Made by a program: the position numbers and the translations under genes
In this document: positions 21,615 through 32,100 of the stretch, piece by piece
Numbering within the stretch: position 1 is the first letter of the stretch
Layout: every line of letters begins with the position of its first letter
The notes under the pieces: generated by a model
The model's database searches: none
Seen by the model: only the letters and a program-made list of their open reading frames with translations
Told to the model about the DNA's origin: nothing
Source of the DNA: Emiliania huxleyi CCMP1516
Taxonomy: Eukaryota
Assembly: GCF_000372725.1 (NCBI RefSeq)
Contig: NW_005201176.1
Location: 316,414-351,632, forward strand
Length of the DNA stretch: 35,219 nt
Reading direction: 5' to 3'

Positions 21615-23476
21615 TTACGCGCCGCCCGCCTGCAGCGGCTCGTGGTGCGCGTTCCCGGTGGCGGCGTCTTCGAGGAGGAGCCGCTTGAGCGCCGCGTAGA
21701 CCGGGCCCGGCCTCCCGTCGCCGATCTGCTCGCCATCCAGCCGGACGACGGGGTAGCCGTGCGTGTCGCCGGCGAGAAGAAAGACCTGAGGGAGGCGGGG
21801 GAGGGAAGGGTGGGCGCGTCTCCTCGAGGCGGTCTGTTCATCTCGTTGACCTCTTTGAAGCCTCGGCGGCCCCTCGAGCGCCCCTCGGCTGCACCTCGGC
21901 TGCACCTCGGCTGCACCTCGGCTGCACCTCGGCTGCATCTCGGTACTACGACCACATCTCGGCGGCATCTCCCCTGACCTCCCTCGCCGCGAGGAGGTCG
22001 GCAACGGTGAGCGGGCCCTGCATGTGAATGGCAAGCTGTGAACCGGCGAGCTGTGAACTGAACCAGCGAGCCGTGAACAAGCGAGCTGGGCGAGCTGTGA
22101 AAGCGAGCTGTGAATAGGCACTCAGCAGACGGAGTCGTACGAGGCGGTTGCAGAGACGCGGGTGCAGAGAGGCGGGTGCAGAGAGGCCGTGACCAGAGGC
22201 AACAGACACCACCCAAACGCCTGCACGACCCCCGCCAGCTCGCCGCGCGGCACAAGGTGCTCCGAAGCGAGCTCCATCGCGCGACGCACCTTAATGAATC
22301 CTCTCACCGTGAGCGAATTAATCTCTCCGACGCGAGCTCCATCGCGCGACGCACCTGTAGTGGACCGTCTCATTGTGAGTGAATTCATCTCTCCGACGCG
22401 AGCCACACCCCCCCCCCCCCCGCGCCGCGCCGTCGTCCCTCGCAGCACGCGGCGGAAGGGCGGTGTCCGCAGGACCGAGTGGCCGTCCACGATCGCCACG
22501 TTGAGGACGCACGACTCCAGCACGTTGCCCGCGCCGTCGACGCCTGTTCACGGCCCGCCCGCGGTGAGGGGATGCCACTCCAAACTCGAGCACGCCGGCG
22601 ATGGTGGCGGCGCCGATGCCGTACGTGCCTCCCCGCTCCTTGGCGGCGAGCATGCACAGCGCATTGAGCAGGTAGTTGTTCGACTTGAGCTCGGCGAGCG
22701 CGGCCGGCTTGAGCGGCACCTGCTTAGACGCCCGAGCCTTGAGGAGGCGTCTAGCGAGTGTCTAGGAAATTGTCGAGCAAGTCAGTGAGACACCCGTCCT
22801 GGCACAGGCGACGGGGCACACGCACACGCGGAACACACGCGGGGCAGACACGCGAGGCGTGATGTGCGATCTCGGGGAGCGGTTCCTGCTCAGACAGCCG
22901 CCGTGAAAGACGCCGTCTCCGCAGGTGAGCGCGCGGCCGACGAGAGGACGGCGCCACGCTCTCCGGCACAGTCGCCTCCGAGATGCCGACCGTGTCCGCA
23001 TCCTCGGAGCCTGGCAGTGGTGGCAGACCGCCAAAGCAGAGCACGTAGAGGGAGGGCGTGCAGCCGGCGGGAGTGACGCCGAGGTTGCCGGTGCCGGCGG
23101 TCAGCCAGAAGCGGACGTCGCAGCTCCGCCGGCCCGACGCGACGCACGTGGCGCGCACAATCTCGGTGATCCTTTCTCGGTTCGCCGCCTCGTCCCCGCC
23201 AAAGGGGAGAGGAAGCCGCGCCGAAGCCGCAGAGGCGAAAAGGCGGTCGAGGTGGACCTGGAGGCGGTACATCCGACCCTCCGCGAGCGAGCAGGTGTCA
23301 AAGACGGCGTGGCCGCGCACAATCGCGTGGTCGTCGACCGGCAGCGTCATCAGGGAGACGTTGGTGGTGATTGCGTCAGCCACCGACGAGTAGAAGGCGA
23401 AGAAGCCCTCCTTGCCTGAGCGCGCTGCGCCGACGAGCTTCGCCCACGCCGCGGGGTCGTTGACGACGGCTGGCAT
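21615..23476 (-). CDS. Class IV PLP aminotransferase, D-amino-acid transaminase / aminodeoxychorismate lyase-like, multi-exon
   Basis: FYSSVADAITTNVSLMTLPVDDHAIVRGHAVFDT, HLDRLFASA, LKSNNYLLNAL (PLP lysine), ESCVLNVAIV..LRTPPFRRVLRGTT, IGDGRPGPV. Confidence 0.92.
21885..21942. repeat. Intronic 11-bp tandem repeat (CTCGGCTGCAC)n; same unit at ~11706-11800
   Basis: Directly visible; lies in predicted introns of two different genes. Confidence 0.85.
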
Positions 23477-23789
23477 GACAGCCGGTCGGGGAGAGGTGTG
23501 TGCTGCTGGCGGTGGGGGGTGCAGGGCAGAGAGCCCGCCGGGCTGGGGGGCACGCTCAGATCAGCACGCTCCTTTTTGTAGCTCTCGAGGTCTCGACGAG
23601 GGCAGTGTGTCAAGCAAGTGTCGCTCTCGCACTAGCCAGCACGGGTGAGTGAGAGCTCTCCCCCCAGCAGGTCCAGTCAGCTGTGAGAGATATAACAGGA
23701 ATTTTTGTGCCATTTACGCCCCATTTATCGGGTATGTAAAATTCTTTTGTGCCGGCGCCTGGTTTTTTCTTTAGACTTTTTGCTCTTCC

Positions 23790-25778
23790 ATGTTCGCTCT
23801 CACGGCGAGCCCATTATGCGTCTCTCCCGTGCAGGGGCGCCCGGCGCCCAGGCTGCTACTCAACGTCCGCATGGCATCGGACGCCACTGACGATGAGCAT
23901 CTGATGGATAGCCTGCGAGAGCGCATCCGCGTCGCGGCCGGGTCATCCGACGAGATCTCCAGTCTTCCGCCCTCAGGGCAGGCTGGCGCCTCGGCCGCGA
24001 GCCTCCGGGTCCGGGTGGGCTCCATTCGGCCGGACGGGCTCGAGGGCGCGGGCGAGCGCTACGCCGACGCCTCGCTCGCCACCACGACCGGTCCCGTCTT
24101 CAACGCGGACGACCTCCCCGCGGGCGAGCTCACTCCCGCGCGCGCGATCCGCGGGCTGTACGCCGCGTTCAACGCGCGCGACGCGGCGTGCGTCGGCTCG
24201 TTCCTGACCGACGACTGCGTCTACGAAGACCTCCTCCTCGGCCCCGCCACCGTCTGCCGCGGCAAGGAGGCCTTCATCGGCGCGCGCCTCCCCGCCCCAG
24301 TCCGACGGACACTTCTGAAGACACTTCCGAGACACGTGGCCGGCGTGGCGGCGGCGGCGGCGCGGCGTGCCGACGGCGGGAGGGGAGGCGGCGCACGGCG
24401 CGCCTCTTGACGGCTGGCCTTGCACGCAGGCGCCCTACGCTTCCACCCTGCCTTTGTGAGCAGCCGCCTACTAGACGGGCTTCCGTTTGCGTCGCTGTTG
24501 CCGCCGCTCACGCTCGAGGTTGACACTTCCCAGACCTTCCGAGACACTGCCGAGACACTGCCGAGACACTACCGAGACACGTGCCTCGATGCCTAGCGCT
24601 CCCAGTGCAGTGCCAGTCCTTTGGGACCCCCCCGGTCCTTTGGGCCCTCACCTTCGTGCCGCTCAGGCCAAACACTCAGCAACAGACACTTATGGCTCTC
24701 TGATGCCCAATGCGTGCACTCGTCCCTCTCTGTATGTGTGGGTTCGTGTGTGCGGGGGCCCTCCTTGTCTCTGCCTAGACAGTGTGAGGTAACACCTACC
24801 TACCTACCTACCTTCGTGCCGCTCAGCAGTTCGGCGTCTGCTGTGGGCGTTGCGTCCTGATGTCGAAGAGTCGCTGACCACTCTGAGTAGGTGGACTCCA
24901 TCGCCGAGGGCGAGGACACAGTGGGCGTGGAGTGGCACGTCCAGTGCGGCGACCGCGGCCTTCGGGCTTGAGGACACGTCCAGGACATGTCCGAGACATG
25001 TCCGAGACATGTCCACAGGCGACGCGCCCTTCCCGCTCGGCCGTGGCCTCTCGCAGGCGTCGACACCAGATCTCTCCAGATCTCCCCAGGTCTCCCCAGA
25101 TCTCCCCAGGTCTCCCCAGGTCTCCCCAGGTCTCCCCAGGTCTCCCCAGGTCTCCCCAGGTCTCCCCAGGTCTCCCCAGGTCTCCCCAGGTCTCCCCAGG
25201 TCTCCCCAGGTCTCCCCAGGTCTCCCCAGGTCTCCCCAGGTCTCCCCAGATTTCGAGGCCTAGATGCGGAAACGCCGACCCGTGTCTTCCAACTTCGACA
25301 GCTATCGCACCTCAGCCTCGGCCGTCCTCCCCCATCCCTCCCCATCTCTACGCGGAGCGGCGATCCGCAGCCCCGCTCGGAGCCTTCCTGGAGCCTTCTC
25401 GGAGCCCCGCCTGTACAGGCGCGCGTCGACACGCAGAGCGGCAAGATCTGCCGCGTCGTTGACATTGCCGAGGCGCCGTGGCGCGTCATCCTAGAAGCGG
25501 AAGGCTCCGCATGCAGAGCGTCGCCTCGCCATATCTCCCCATATCTCGCCATGTCTCCCCATGCAGAGCGTCGCCTCGCCATATCTCCCCTCTCGCCATG
25601 TCTCCGCATGCTTGTATTCTAACTAGCGCTCGAGAGGACTGAGGCGCCCACACGGCGCGAGACCGTATTCACGGCCTGATGCTGGCGAGCTCACCATGCT
25701 AGGCGCGTCATCGGCCTCCTCGTGCTGCCCTTCATCACCGCGTACCAGCGCCTCACCGCCCTGCAGCGCGCGACAGTC

Positions 25779-25823
<45 letters not shown>

Positions 25824-26377
25824 TTTGGCGAGTCGCCGCCGCTGCAGCAGCAGCAGCAGTTGACGCCGCCAGAGGCCGGTGCCGAGGGCGCGGCCGTCCG
25901 CAGCGACGAGGACGTGGAACGCGAGTCTGGGCTCGCTAGAAGCCGAAGACAGACCTTTGTACTCCCACCTCGCGCTCGAGAGGAGGCCGCTGTCAGCATC
26001 CTTCAGCCGTACGCAGCGGTACTCACCATCTTCGCCTCCCTCGTACTCACGCGGTGCTCCGAACACATAGCGTGGTACCACCGCTCCAGTTTCCGGAACG
26101 GACAGACAGGCAGGCAGCGACCACAGAGTGTGAGCCGTAGCTAGTGAGCTCCAACCAACACAGGCAGACCGCCAGCTATTCACACCGCAGGTACGGGCTG
26201 CTGCTCCTGGCGGTGCTTGCGGACGGCGTGGTCGACCCGCGCGAGCGGGAGGTGCTAGCGCGGTATGCCGAGGAGAATGGGTTGAGCGAGGCGCGGCGGG
26301 CGTGCTTGCTGGCTGCGGCAGGCTGGAGCGAAACCGAGTTCCGGGAGGGGCGGAGGGGCTTACCAAAGAGCGACTGA
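23790..26377 (+). CDS. NTF2/SnoaL-like protein with polyQ linker and C-terminal TerB-like helical domain; possible organellar presequence
   Basis: Exons 23790-24279, 24430-24518, 24891-24948, 25019-25056, 25419-25480, 25703-~26008, 26191-26377 splice in frame: IRGLYAAFNARD..FLTDDCVYED..RGKEAF, VGVEWHV, PFPLGRGLS, GKICRVVDIAE, Q13, YGLLLLAVLADGVVDPREREVL..GWSETEF. Confidence 0.75.
24667..24809 (+). mobile_element. Short retroposon insertion (SINE or 5'-truncated LINE) with (TACC)n tail, in an intron
   Basis: Exact 17-bp direct repeat ACCTTCGTGCCGCTCAG at 24650-24666 and 24810-24826 brackets 143 bp ending in ACCTACCTACCTACCT. Confidence 0.8.
25071..25250. repeat. Intronic 10-bp tandem array (TCTCCCCAGG)n, ~18 units
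   Basis: Directly visible, no spacers; inside predicted intron 25057-25418. Confidence 0.95.
25779..25819 (+). repeat. (CAG)13 polyglutamine tract
   Basis: In frame within the NTF2-like gene exon. Confidence 0.9.
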
Positions 26378-26815
26378 GTTTTGCCCCACCGCACCCGCTC
26401 CCGGCCCCACGCGCTCCGCAGTGTGTGATGCAGACTCTGCGCGTCACGCCCGCGGCCCGGAGGCTGCTGCCGGAGGCTGTGCTGCTTTTGCCATCGTCGA
26501 TAGAATTGAGTTGTGAGCGGATCGAAACTAAGCGCATTTGACTAGTTGCAAAAAGTCTGTGGTGCAACACCCGCCAAAAACTACCAAAATCGCTGTCACG
26601 GCCAGCTCGGCACGATCTACTCCAAAAAAGTGACGTAGATCACCCATTTTTTAAGCGTTCGCCGCACATACACAAGGTCCGCCTGCGTGCGGCGCCAGCT
26701 TCTCAAGGCTAGTTCCAATTCACTCTGACACGCTAATCTTGAAAACGCGTCCAACGGAGCTCCGTGTTGCTCCCAGCGCCCTCCCCCGAGCTTCCTGCGG
26801 CCATGGCCGGTGCTA

Positions 26816-28255
26816 CTAGTATGGGGGGCTACCTGGCTACCGCGAGAGCGACCCAACTCGTCGACATCGTCCGATGATGGTGCCTCAAAGTCAGCCTTCG
26901 GAGGCTATCGTGGGGTCGAGCCGGCAGTAGCCGCGACATGTGGTTCCACCACCCCTCGTATGCTTTGCCTCTGACCGCCACCGTTCTCAGGCTGCCAAAT
27001 GGGATGGAAAGGGAGGCTGGGCGAGCGTATAGAAGCGTGCTCGACCTCGTCGTGGCAACCTGCACGGCAGCGCTGGTAGGCGCGATGAGCGTCGTGCCAC
27101 TTGACCCAAGACGGGTCGCAGGCGTCGTACCGAGCGCGTCGAGACCGTGTCCTGATGTGATCTGCACGGGTGAGTCACGTCGGCGTCAAAGGAGCGACGT
27201 GCGACCTGTCAGAGCTTGAATCTCCGATCTCAGCGGCGTCGAGTCATCTCCGGCGCGCGACAAAGGTACATCCACAGGACGCGCAGAGGCAGCTGCGACC
27301 CCGCTGAGTGGACGGGGGCACACCGCGCCACCTGCTGNNNNNNNNNNNNNNNNNNNNNNNNNNNNNNNNNNNNNNNNNNNNNNNNNNNNNNNNNNNNNNN
27401 NNNNNNNNNNNNNNNNNNNNNNNNNNNNNNNNNNNNNCGTGTGGCGCCTTCATGACTCGAGGTCTATGTCGAGAGCCCGGCCCTTAGATTTCGCGGCTCT
27501 GTGATAGGATCGAGGGTAAAGGGCGGAAGAAACGCTCGTGGATTCTTCTTACAAGTATCCTTAACGTCTGGTTAAGAGAGCTTCGTATTCACTATTACTT
27601 GCTTAATGGAGGAGACATGGACTACCTTGTCATGTTGCGTTTGTCGCGCCTCGTTGAGCTCAATACGTACCGCGCGATTCTGTGGGCCCCCGTCCACTCG
27701 GGGGGGTCGCAGCTGCCTCTGGAAGGCACCGAGATGTACCTTTTTCGCGCAAATGGTCAAATCAAGGTTTTGTAACGCGAGCTGTGCCACAGTGAAATGG
27801 AACTAGCCCAAGGGCCATCGCGCGAAAAACGACGGAGGAGATGCATCCTAGCTGTCGCCATCGAAGGCGACTCGACGCCGCTGAGATCGGAGATCAAGCT
27901 CTGACAGGTCACACGTCGCTCCTTTGACGCCGACGTGACTCACCCGTGCAGATCACATCAGGACACGGTCTCGACGCGCTCGGTACGACGCCTGCGACCC
28001 GTCTTGGGTCAGGTGGCACGACGCTCATCGCGCCTACCAGCGCTGCCGTACAGGTTGCCACGACGAGGTCGAGCACGCTTCTATACGCTCGCTCAGCCTT
28101 CCTTTCCATCCCATTAGGCAGCCTGGGAACGGTGGCGGTCAGAGGCAAAGCCTGCGAGGGGTGGTGGAACCACATGTCACGGCTACTGCCGGCTCGACCC
28201 CACGATAGCCTCCGGAGGCTGACTTTGAGGCACCATCATCGGCCCCCCATACTAG
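26816..28255. mobile_element. Nested foldback/MITE-like element with ~390-430-bp inverted arms and TA TSD
   Basis: Termini CTAGTATGGGGGGC...GCCCCCCATACTAG; arms 26816-27245 and 27869-28255; TA at 26814-15 and 28256-57. Excision restores GGTGCTACTCGC, matching the host element's opposite arm. Confidence 0.85.
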
Positions 28256-29165
28256 TACTCGCATAATGTGGGTAAACGAAAGTAGCGTGTACGCATGCTT
28301 ACGCTACTATGAATGAAGAAGCCGAAAAAAGACGCCGCGGCAGAAACGCCGAGCCAGCCAGCTGCCGGCTCGCACGGCAGCCTCTTCCTCTCGACCAGCC
28401 TCAACTTCCGTACAGTCAACATTTTGTCGCTGCGTGCTCGTGGCGAGCTGTGGCGGCGGTCGAAGTTCGCCCAGATTCGGTGACGAGCGCCAGACGATAG
28501 TAGTGTCTCTGTTCGCCCTGTGCATGTCAGGCCAGGCTGCAGCAGGGCACTACCATCGTGCTGCCCTGCTGCAGCCTGACTTTGCCCACTGTGCACAGCC
28601 GCCAGAGCACCACCACCGCCCGGTATCGTGTCACGGCGAGCTTCTTCTGCGCCCGCTCGCGAGGCTCTCGCGCTGGTACACTTTGGCCATCTGCTGCTCG
28701 CGTTCGGCGAGCTCTTCTCCGCACTCCTGCCATGGTGCCGTCACCACACACCTTCTGGCCGGCCTGAGCCGCGCGGGGTCGCCGGCGGGGGCAACGCGTC
28801 GACCTCTCTCTCTGGTGCACCACGGGCCGCAACGGCCTGCTAAAGCCGTAGCAGCGTGCGCGAGGAGGCAGTGTGCCGGCACAGTCGAGCCGGAGCATCG
28901 GGTTCTTGATGCTTGTGGGGTCAAGTCTGACCTTATGCGGCCTAATATACAACAATAATGCTATGCTCTCACCCAGCCTTTTGAGATATGATCCCTCAAA
29001 GTCGAATTTTCGTTTACTGGTGACCATACTTTAGTGGGGGAAATGGTCCACTAAAACATTCATTTTCCAAGCCCCAAACCCAAACTGGATCTCGAGGCGA
29101 TCCGACGGTGATTTCGTTCGGCGTCACGATGACGGGTGAGGAACCGGTAGATCGCTCCTCGAGGC

Positions 29166-32100
29166 ATGGAAGCGATGGATGTTTGCACTGCTCGGGGGCC
29201 TCAGGGCCCGGACTGCTTGGCCCTGGCGATCGAGCTGCAGCTGGACGCGCAGGGCGCCGCCGCCGCGGAGGCGGCCGTCGGGTCGCCGGAGGCCGGGGCG
29301 GGGGCGCTTCACGGCCAGGGCTGTGAGACACGCCTCAAGCCACCAAGTGCTGCCAAGCACCTTGCACAGGTCGGGCGGGTGCACGGTGGCTTCCCCGGGG
29401 CCGCCCTGGCCCTCAAGGCGACTGTTGGCGATGCTCTTTCTGGCCGATCCGGTGCGCGCGGCCACAACGGGTGCAGTGACACGCAGTGGACCTCGGCGCG
29501 CTGACGTTCGCTCACGCGCCTGCGCAGGAGAGAAACTCCTGTCCCCCATCACCTCCAAGGGCGACACGTTCTTCGTTCGGCACCACGCCGACGCCACGGA
29601 CACGGAGGTCCTGATTATCGCCCTCTTCATCGTCCTTCTCGAGCCCAGCGCCGAGGACACCGCCGAATGGGCGGCGGGTTTGGCGCCTCTCGCGGCGCAG
29701 GCTGCGGATGAGCAGGCGGGCTGGGCGACGTCGGCGGCGCCCGCCGGCTACTACGACCCGTTTCAGCGGCTCATAGACGACAAGTGGCACAAGGAGACGT
29801 GCGAGGCCGTGAAGAAGGCGGTGGATGGCTGGGAGGGCCGCGGCGCGCGCAAGGACGTGACAGTCGCCCACTTGCTCTCGTACCACACCGGACTTAAGAA
29901 ACACCCGGACAATGGCGGGCTTGGCGGGCAGCCGCCGCGCAAGAGGCCGCCGAAGCGCTTCAACACGTGGGCGGCCACGCGCGTCGCCGACCTAATCTAC
30001 AGGCGCGGCCCAGTTTTGCGCGCGGCTCTCGGCTTGCCGCCGGCCGCCGCCGCGCTGCCTTCGGCGCCGTCGATGGTCGAGGAGAACGCGGCGCTGACCG
30101 CGACCATCGGGTTGAAGGACCAGAAGATCGAGGCGCTCGAGCGCGAGCTGGCGGTTTGCCGCGCGCAGCGCGCGGACAAGGCCGACAAGCTCCACAAGGC
30201 GAAGAAGCGCGCGGAGCGTAAGCGGGCCGACGCGCGCAAGTACAAGGAGGCGCAGCAGCGCGGCTACTCCGAGGCCCAGAAGGCGGCGCGGGCGGCGCAG
30301 CTCGCGACGCGCAAGCAGAAGTTCGACGCGGCGGTCGAGCGCGCGTCCTACGTGCGCGTCGTGACGCTGACGAAGAAGCTCGCGCGCGCAAACCAGAAGC
30401 TCGAGGACGCCGGCCTCGCGCACGCGGCGGCGCTCGACGTGAAGAAGACGGAGGTGGCGAGGGCGCGCAAGCGGGCGCGCGCCGTCGAGGGCGACGCGGC
30501 GAAGCTGCCCGAGCTGAAGCTCCAGGTAAAGGAGCTCAAGGCGCGGGTCGAGGAGCTCAGGGTCGAGGAGGAGTCCGAGTCCGAGGACGAGCCGTCGCCG
30601 CGCCCGGGCTGCTCGCCGATTGTCGGCCTGCTGCCGCGGCGCGACGAGCACGGCCGCTGGCAGGCCGAGTCCGCCGAGCTGCGCGGGCTGCGGCACGCGC
30701 AGCTCGCGCGCGGCGTGGCCTCATCCACCGTCTCCGCCAACATACAGGACGTGCTTGACGTGCTGTGCCCGGGCCACGGCGTGCCGGCCGCTTGCGCGCG
30801 CCAAAGCAAGCTGATGCGCGGCGAGGTCACGATCGCCGGCGAGGCGATGGCCGCCTTTAAGTTCGCGGCGAGCCGGCGCGTCATATCCTTTGGCTGGGAC
30901 GAGTCGACCAAGTTCGGAAACTCCGTCTTCAGCTGCAACTTCCAGCTCGAGCACTTCGACGGCACCATCGAGGACGTGTGCTTGCGCGGGCTCTCGATAC
31001 TGCCGCACGGCGGCACGTCGGCAGCGCTGCTCGCGCACATCGAGGAGCGCATCCTGTCCTACTCGCGGCGCGTCCTCGCCGCGTGGATCGAGCAGCACGA
31101 GAAGGAGAAGGGCGCGGGCAGCTGGGCGGCGGCGGGCGGGCCGTCGCCGGAAAACATCGGCCTGCACCGATTGTGCGAGGGCACGGTCCTCATGACGGAC
31201 ACGTGCAACGGCGCGCGCTGCACGCGGCGCATGGTCGCGGCCGCTGCGATGGTCGCCGTCGAGGCAAAGGTCGGCAAGGCGGCGTGGGACGCCATGACCG
31301 AGGAGGAGCGCGAGCGGAAGTACAAGACGTACCTCGGCGACTGCTGGCAGCACCTCCGCAACATAATAATCGAGGCCATGGCGGCCGCGGCGAACGCGTC
31401 GGTGAAGGCGACGCTCGACGACGAACTGGACGAGTTCTCCTCCTTCGAGCGCATCGACCCGGACGGCAGCTGCGTGATTCGCGCCGCGTTTAAGCAATTC
31501 CACCACGGGGGCGAGTACGCGAAGGGGCGCGGGCGCGAGTTTGAGTCGTGGCGCAAGACGCGGGCGCTGATGTTCCTCCCCTTCGAGCGGGCGGCCGGGT
31601 CGCGGCAGGACCTAGCGTTCGACGGCTGCGTGCCCCTCTTCGTCAACCGCGTCACGTGCGTCGACTTTCTGCGCGGGTACATCGACTGCCCTAAATCCCA
31701 GAACGTGCTGGACAAGTCGCTGTACACCGTGATGAAGTGCAACGAGTTCACCGCGCTCCTCCGCGTCAACACGCTGTGGCGCTTCCTCTTCTCAGACCCG
31801 CTCCGGTGGCTGTGCGGCAGCGCCAGCAAGCTCGACGATTGGTCCCTCTACAAGATGGGCTGGGTGCTGGAGCAGGTCGAGGCGGGCATGGAGCAGGTCG
31901 TGGCGGACCCGGCGCGGCTGCTCGACCCCGAGTTCGACATGTTTTCCGCCGTCGCCGAGGAGCTGCCCGCCTTCCGCGACTGGCGCGCCGAGCTGCTGGC
32001 GCGGCCGCTCAAGGGATGCGGCGACCACACCTTCGCCGACGTCCTGCGCGAGGCGCGCGTGCCGACGCCTGGCTCGGGCAACCAGCAGGCGACGCCCAAG

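Larger units (their letters stand above)
18395..21615 (+). mobile_element. 3.2-kb non-LTR-retroposon-like insertion with (TACCT)n 3' tail and 8-bp TSD; no reverse transcriptase seen
   Basis: TACGCGCC at 18387-18394 and 21616-21623; tail TACCT x3 at 21601-21615. Removing the insert restores the aminotransferase end ...AGGA-Y-A-A-TGA. Confidence 0.65.

Noticed and set aside
25071..25250. Regular array resembling CRISPR
   Set aside because: 10-bp units with no spacers, intronic, eukaryotic context, no cas genes.
28252..29027. Second gene in the transposon's left part
   Set aside because: Several short overlapping ORFs on both strands, none with a recognisable motif; cannot be supported without transcripts.
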